DNA from: Gemmatimonadales bacterium
GTDB taxonomy: Bacteria > Gemmatimonadota > Gemmatimonadetes > Gemmatimonadales > GWC2-71-9
Assembly (NCBI GenBank): GCA_035700175.1
Contig: DASSOW010000216.1
Span: 1-26,759, forward strand
DNA: 26,759 nt
Reading direction: 5' to 3'
The first letter of the stretch is position 1. Every line of letters starts with the position of its first letter. The position numbers and the translations under genes are program-made. Positions 25,424 through 26,759 of this stretch are shown one piece after another. A model generated the notes under the pieces. The model worked only from the letters and a program-made list of their open reading frames with translations. It was not told the DNA's origin and ran no database searches.

Positions 25424-25493
25424 GGAGCGAACTGCGGTCCCGGTTCAAGCTTGGACACGCAGTTCCGTGACCACTCGAGCCAGGAGGTAGTTC

Positions 25494-25703
25494 GTGCGTG
25501 CATTCATGGCTGTCAGTGCTGCTGTTGCCGTCATGGCGGCGGCCGGCTGCAAGGAAACGACCCGGATCGAGACCAGGGAGGCCCCGCCCGCGGCGCAGCC
25601 CGCGCCGACCGAGAGTGGCTCAGGCGTGGATGTGCGGACGGGCAACGACACCCTTCATGCGGACTCCACCGGCGTGCGGGTGAAGGTGAATACGGACAGT
25701 TGA
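25494..25703 (+). CDS. Small hypothetical lipoprotein (69 aa)
   Basis: AGGAGG RBS, GTG start, hydrophobic signal ending in lipobox AAGC. Confidence 0.72.
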   Translation: MRAFMAVSAAVAVMAAAGCKETTRIETREAPPAAQPAPTESGSGVDVRTGNDTLHADSTGVRVKVNTDS

Positions 25704-25789
25704 GAGTTGGGAGTTGAGAGTTGAGAGGCGAGGAGCCCCGCTTCTCAACTCTCAACTCTTAACTCTTAACTCTTAACTCTCAACTCTCA
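25698..25789. repeat. Inverted heptamer arrays AGTTGRG x4 (25698-25725) and CTYAACT x6 (25744-25785)
   Basis: Read directly; between convergent genes; both TGA stops lie inside units. Confidence 0.96.
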
Positions 25790-26454
25790 CCCGCCTGCCG
25801 TTTCGCTTCCTCCTTCAACTTGTCATTGGCATAGATCGCCACTTCCACCCGCCGGTTCTTCTGGCGACCCTCCGCTGAATCATTGGACTCGACCGGCTCG
25901 GTTTCGCCGCGTCCCGCCGTCCTGATGCGAGACCCGTCCACGCCGTCCGCCTGCAGCAGCTGCGCGGCGGCCGTGGCTCGGCGCTCCGAGAGGTCCTGGT
26001 TGTAGCTGTCAGCGCCGACGCTGTCCGTATGACCCACGATCAGCAGGTCGGTGTCGGGATACTTGTCCAGGTTGTCGGCCAGGTTGCGCAGGTTTTCCTG
26101 GCCTTCGCTGCGCACGACCGTTGAGTCGAAGCCGAACAGGATGCCGGAGTCGAAGGTCACCAGGATTCCCTCACCGACGCGCTCCACCTTGGCCCCGGGA
26201 ATGTCCTGGTCAATCTCCTTGGCCCGGCGATCCATCTGGTCGCCGATGATGGCGCCGGCCGCGCCGCCAACGGCGGCGCCGATGATGGCACCCTTGGCGG
26301 TCGAGCCGGAGGCGGCGCCGATGGCGCCACCCACTACTGCGCCGCCAGCGGCGCCAATCACCGCGCCGCGCTGGGCATTCTTGTAGCAGCTGGTGGACGC
26401 AAGGGTCAAGGCCAGCATCACCGCGGCCAAACGATGCCTTCGATGGGCAGACAT
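25780..26454 (-). CDS. OmpA family lipoprotein with glycine zipper (YiaD-like)
   Basis: Signal peptide ending at Cys (LASTSC), Gly-zipper, SGILFGFDS, GHTD, NQDLSERRA, GRGETEP, NRRVEV; AGGAG RBS before ATG 26454. Confidence 0.92.
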   Translation of the reverse strand: MSAHRRHRLAAVMLALTLASTSCYKNAQRGAVIGAAGGAVVGGAIGAASGSTAKGAIIGAAVGGAAGAIIGDQMDRRAKEIDQDIPGAKVERVGEGILVTFDSGILFGFDSTVVRSEGQENLRNLADNLDKYPDTDLLIVGHTDSVGADSYNQDLSERRATAAAQLLQADGVDGSRIRTAGRGETEPVESNDSAEGRQKNRRVEVAIYANDKLKEEAKRQAGES

Positions 26455-26594
26455 GCAGACTCCTAGGGGAGGGTAATCATGAGCAGTGTCCGGCCCCCAT
26501 AGTGTCGCCCGGGCGGGTCCGGGGCTGTGACGCAGGTCGCCAGCGGGGTGTGGCGCCGGCCAAGCCGGGCTGTATGTTATGGGCATCCCCTGCG

Positions 26595-26759
26595 ATGGAC
26601 GCCCTTCAGCTCCGTGCCGCCGCGGCGCTCGCGCCGCGCTATTTGATCGAGGCCGAAATCGGCGTCGGCGGCATGGGGCGCGTCTTTCGTGCACGGGACA
26701 CCTGGCTCGACCGCGCCGTCGCGGTCAAGGTGCTGCGTCCCGAGCTCGCCACGGCGCGG
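26595..26759 (+). CDS. Serine/threonine protein kinase (Hanks type), N-terminal part, truncated by window end
   Basis: Manual translation MDALQLRAAAALAPRYLIEAEIGVGGMGRVFRARDTWLDRAVAVKVLRPELATAR shows the Gly-rich loop and VAVK lysine; not in the ORF track. Confidence 0.88.
   Translation, partial: MDALQLRAAAALAPRYLIEAEIGVGGMGRVFRARDTWLDRAVAVKVLRPELATAR

Overview
GC-rich bacterial window; gene content and style suggest Gemmatimonadota (inference). It holds about 29 CDS. These include VOC/ring-cleaving dioxygenase and thiol-redox genes of the Mhq quinone-detox type, with an 18-bp MhqR-like palindrome and an MhqO-like dioxygenase fused to an MhqD-like hydrolase. Also present are an exopolysaccharide pyruvyltransferase/glycosyltransferase pair, a cfa-like methyltransferase, an SDR, a PTS IIA-like protein, an L,D-transpeptidase, an OmpA lipoprotein and the start of a Ser/Thr kinase. 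A complete 4-hydroxyproline catabolic operon is led by a Tat-exported Xaa-Pro peptidase and a GntR (HypR-like) regulator, with a HypR-like box upstream. The most striking unexplained signal is non-coding: about 13 intergenic arrays of degenerate 7-nt tandem repeats (one 9-nt), largely with locus-specific units. At all four convergent gene junctions they form inverted pairs, always with the G-rich arm first and the C-rich arm second, and they often supply the stop codons of the flanking genes. At one junction a four-helix-bundle gene (TIGR02436/PF05635, Avd-like) sits in the loop between arms whose variant order is mirrored over 39 nt. This looks like a 'filled' site beside three 'empty' sites of a possibly undescribed repeat-flanked cassette system.
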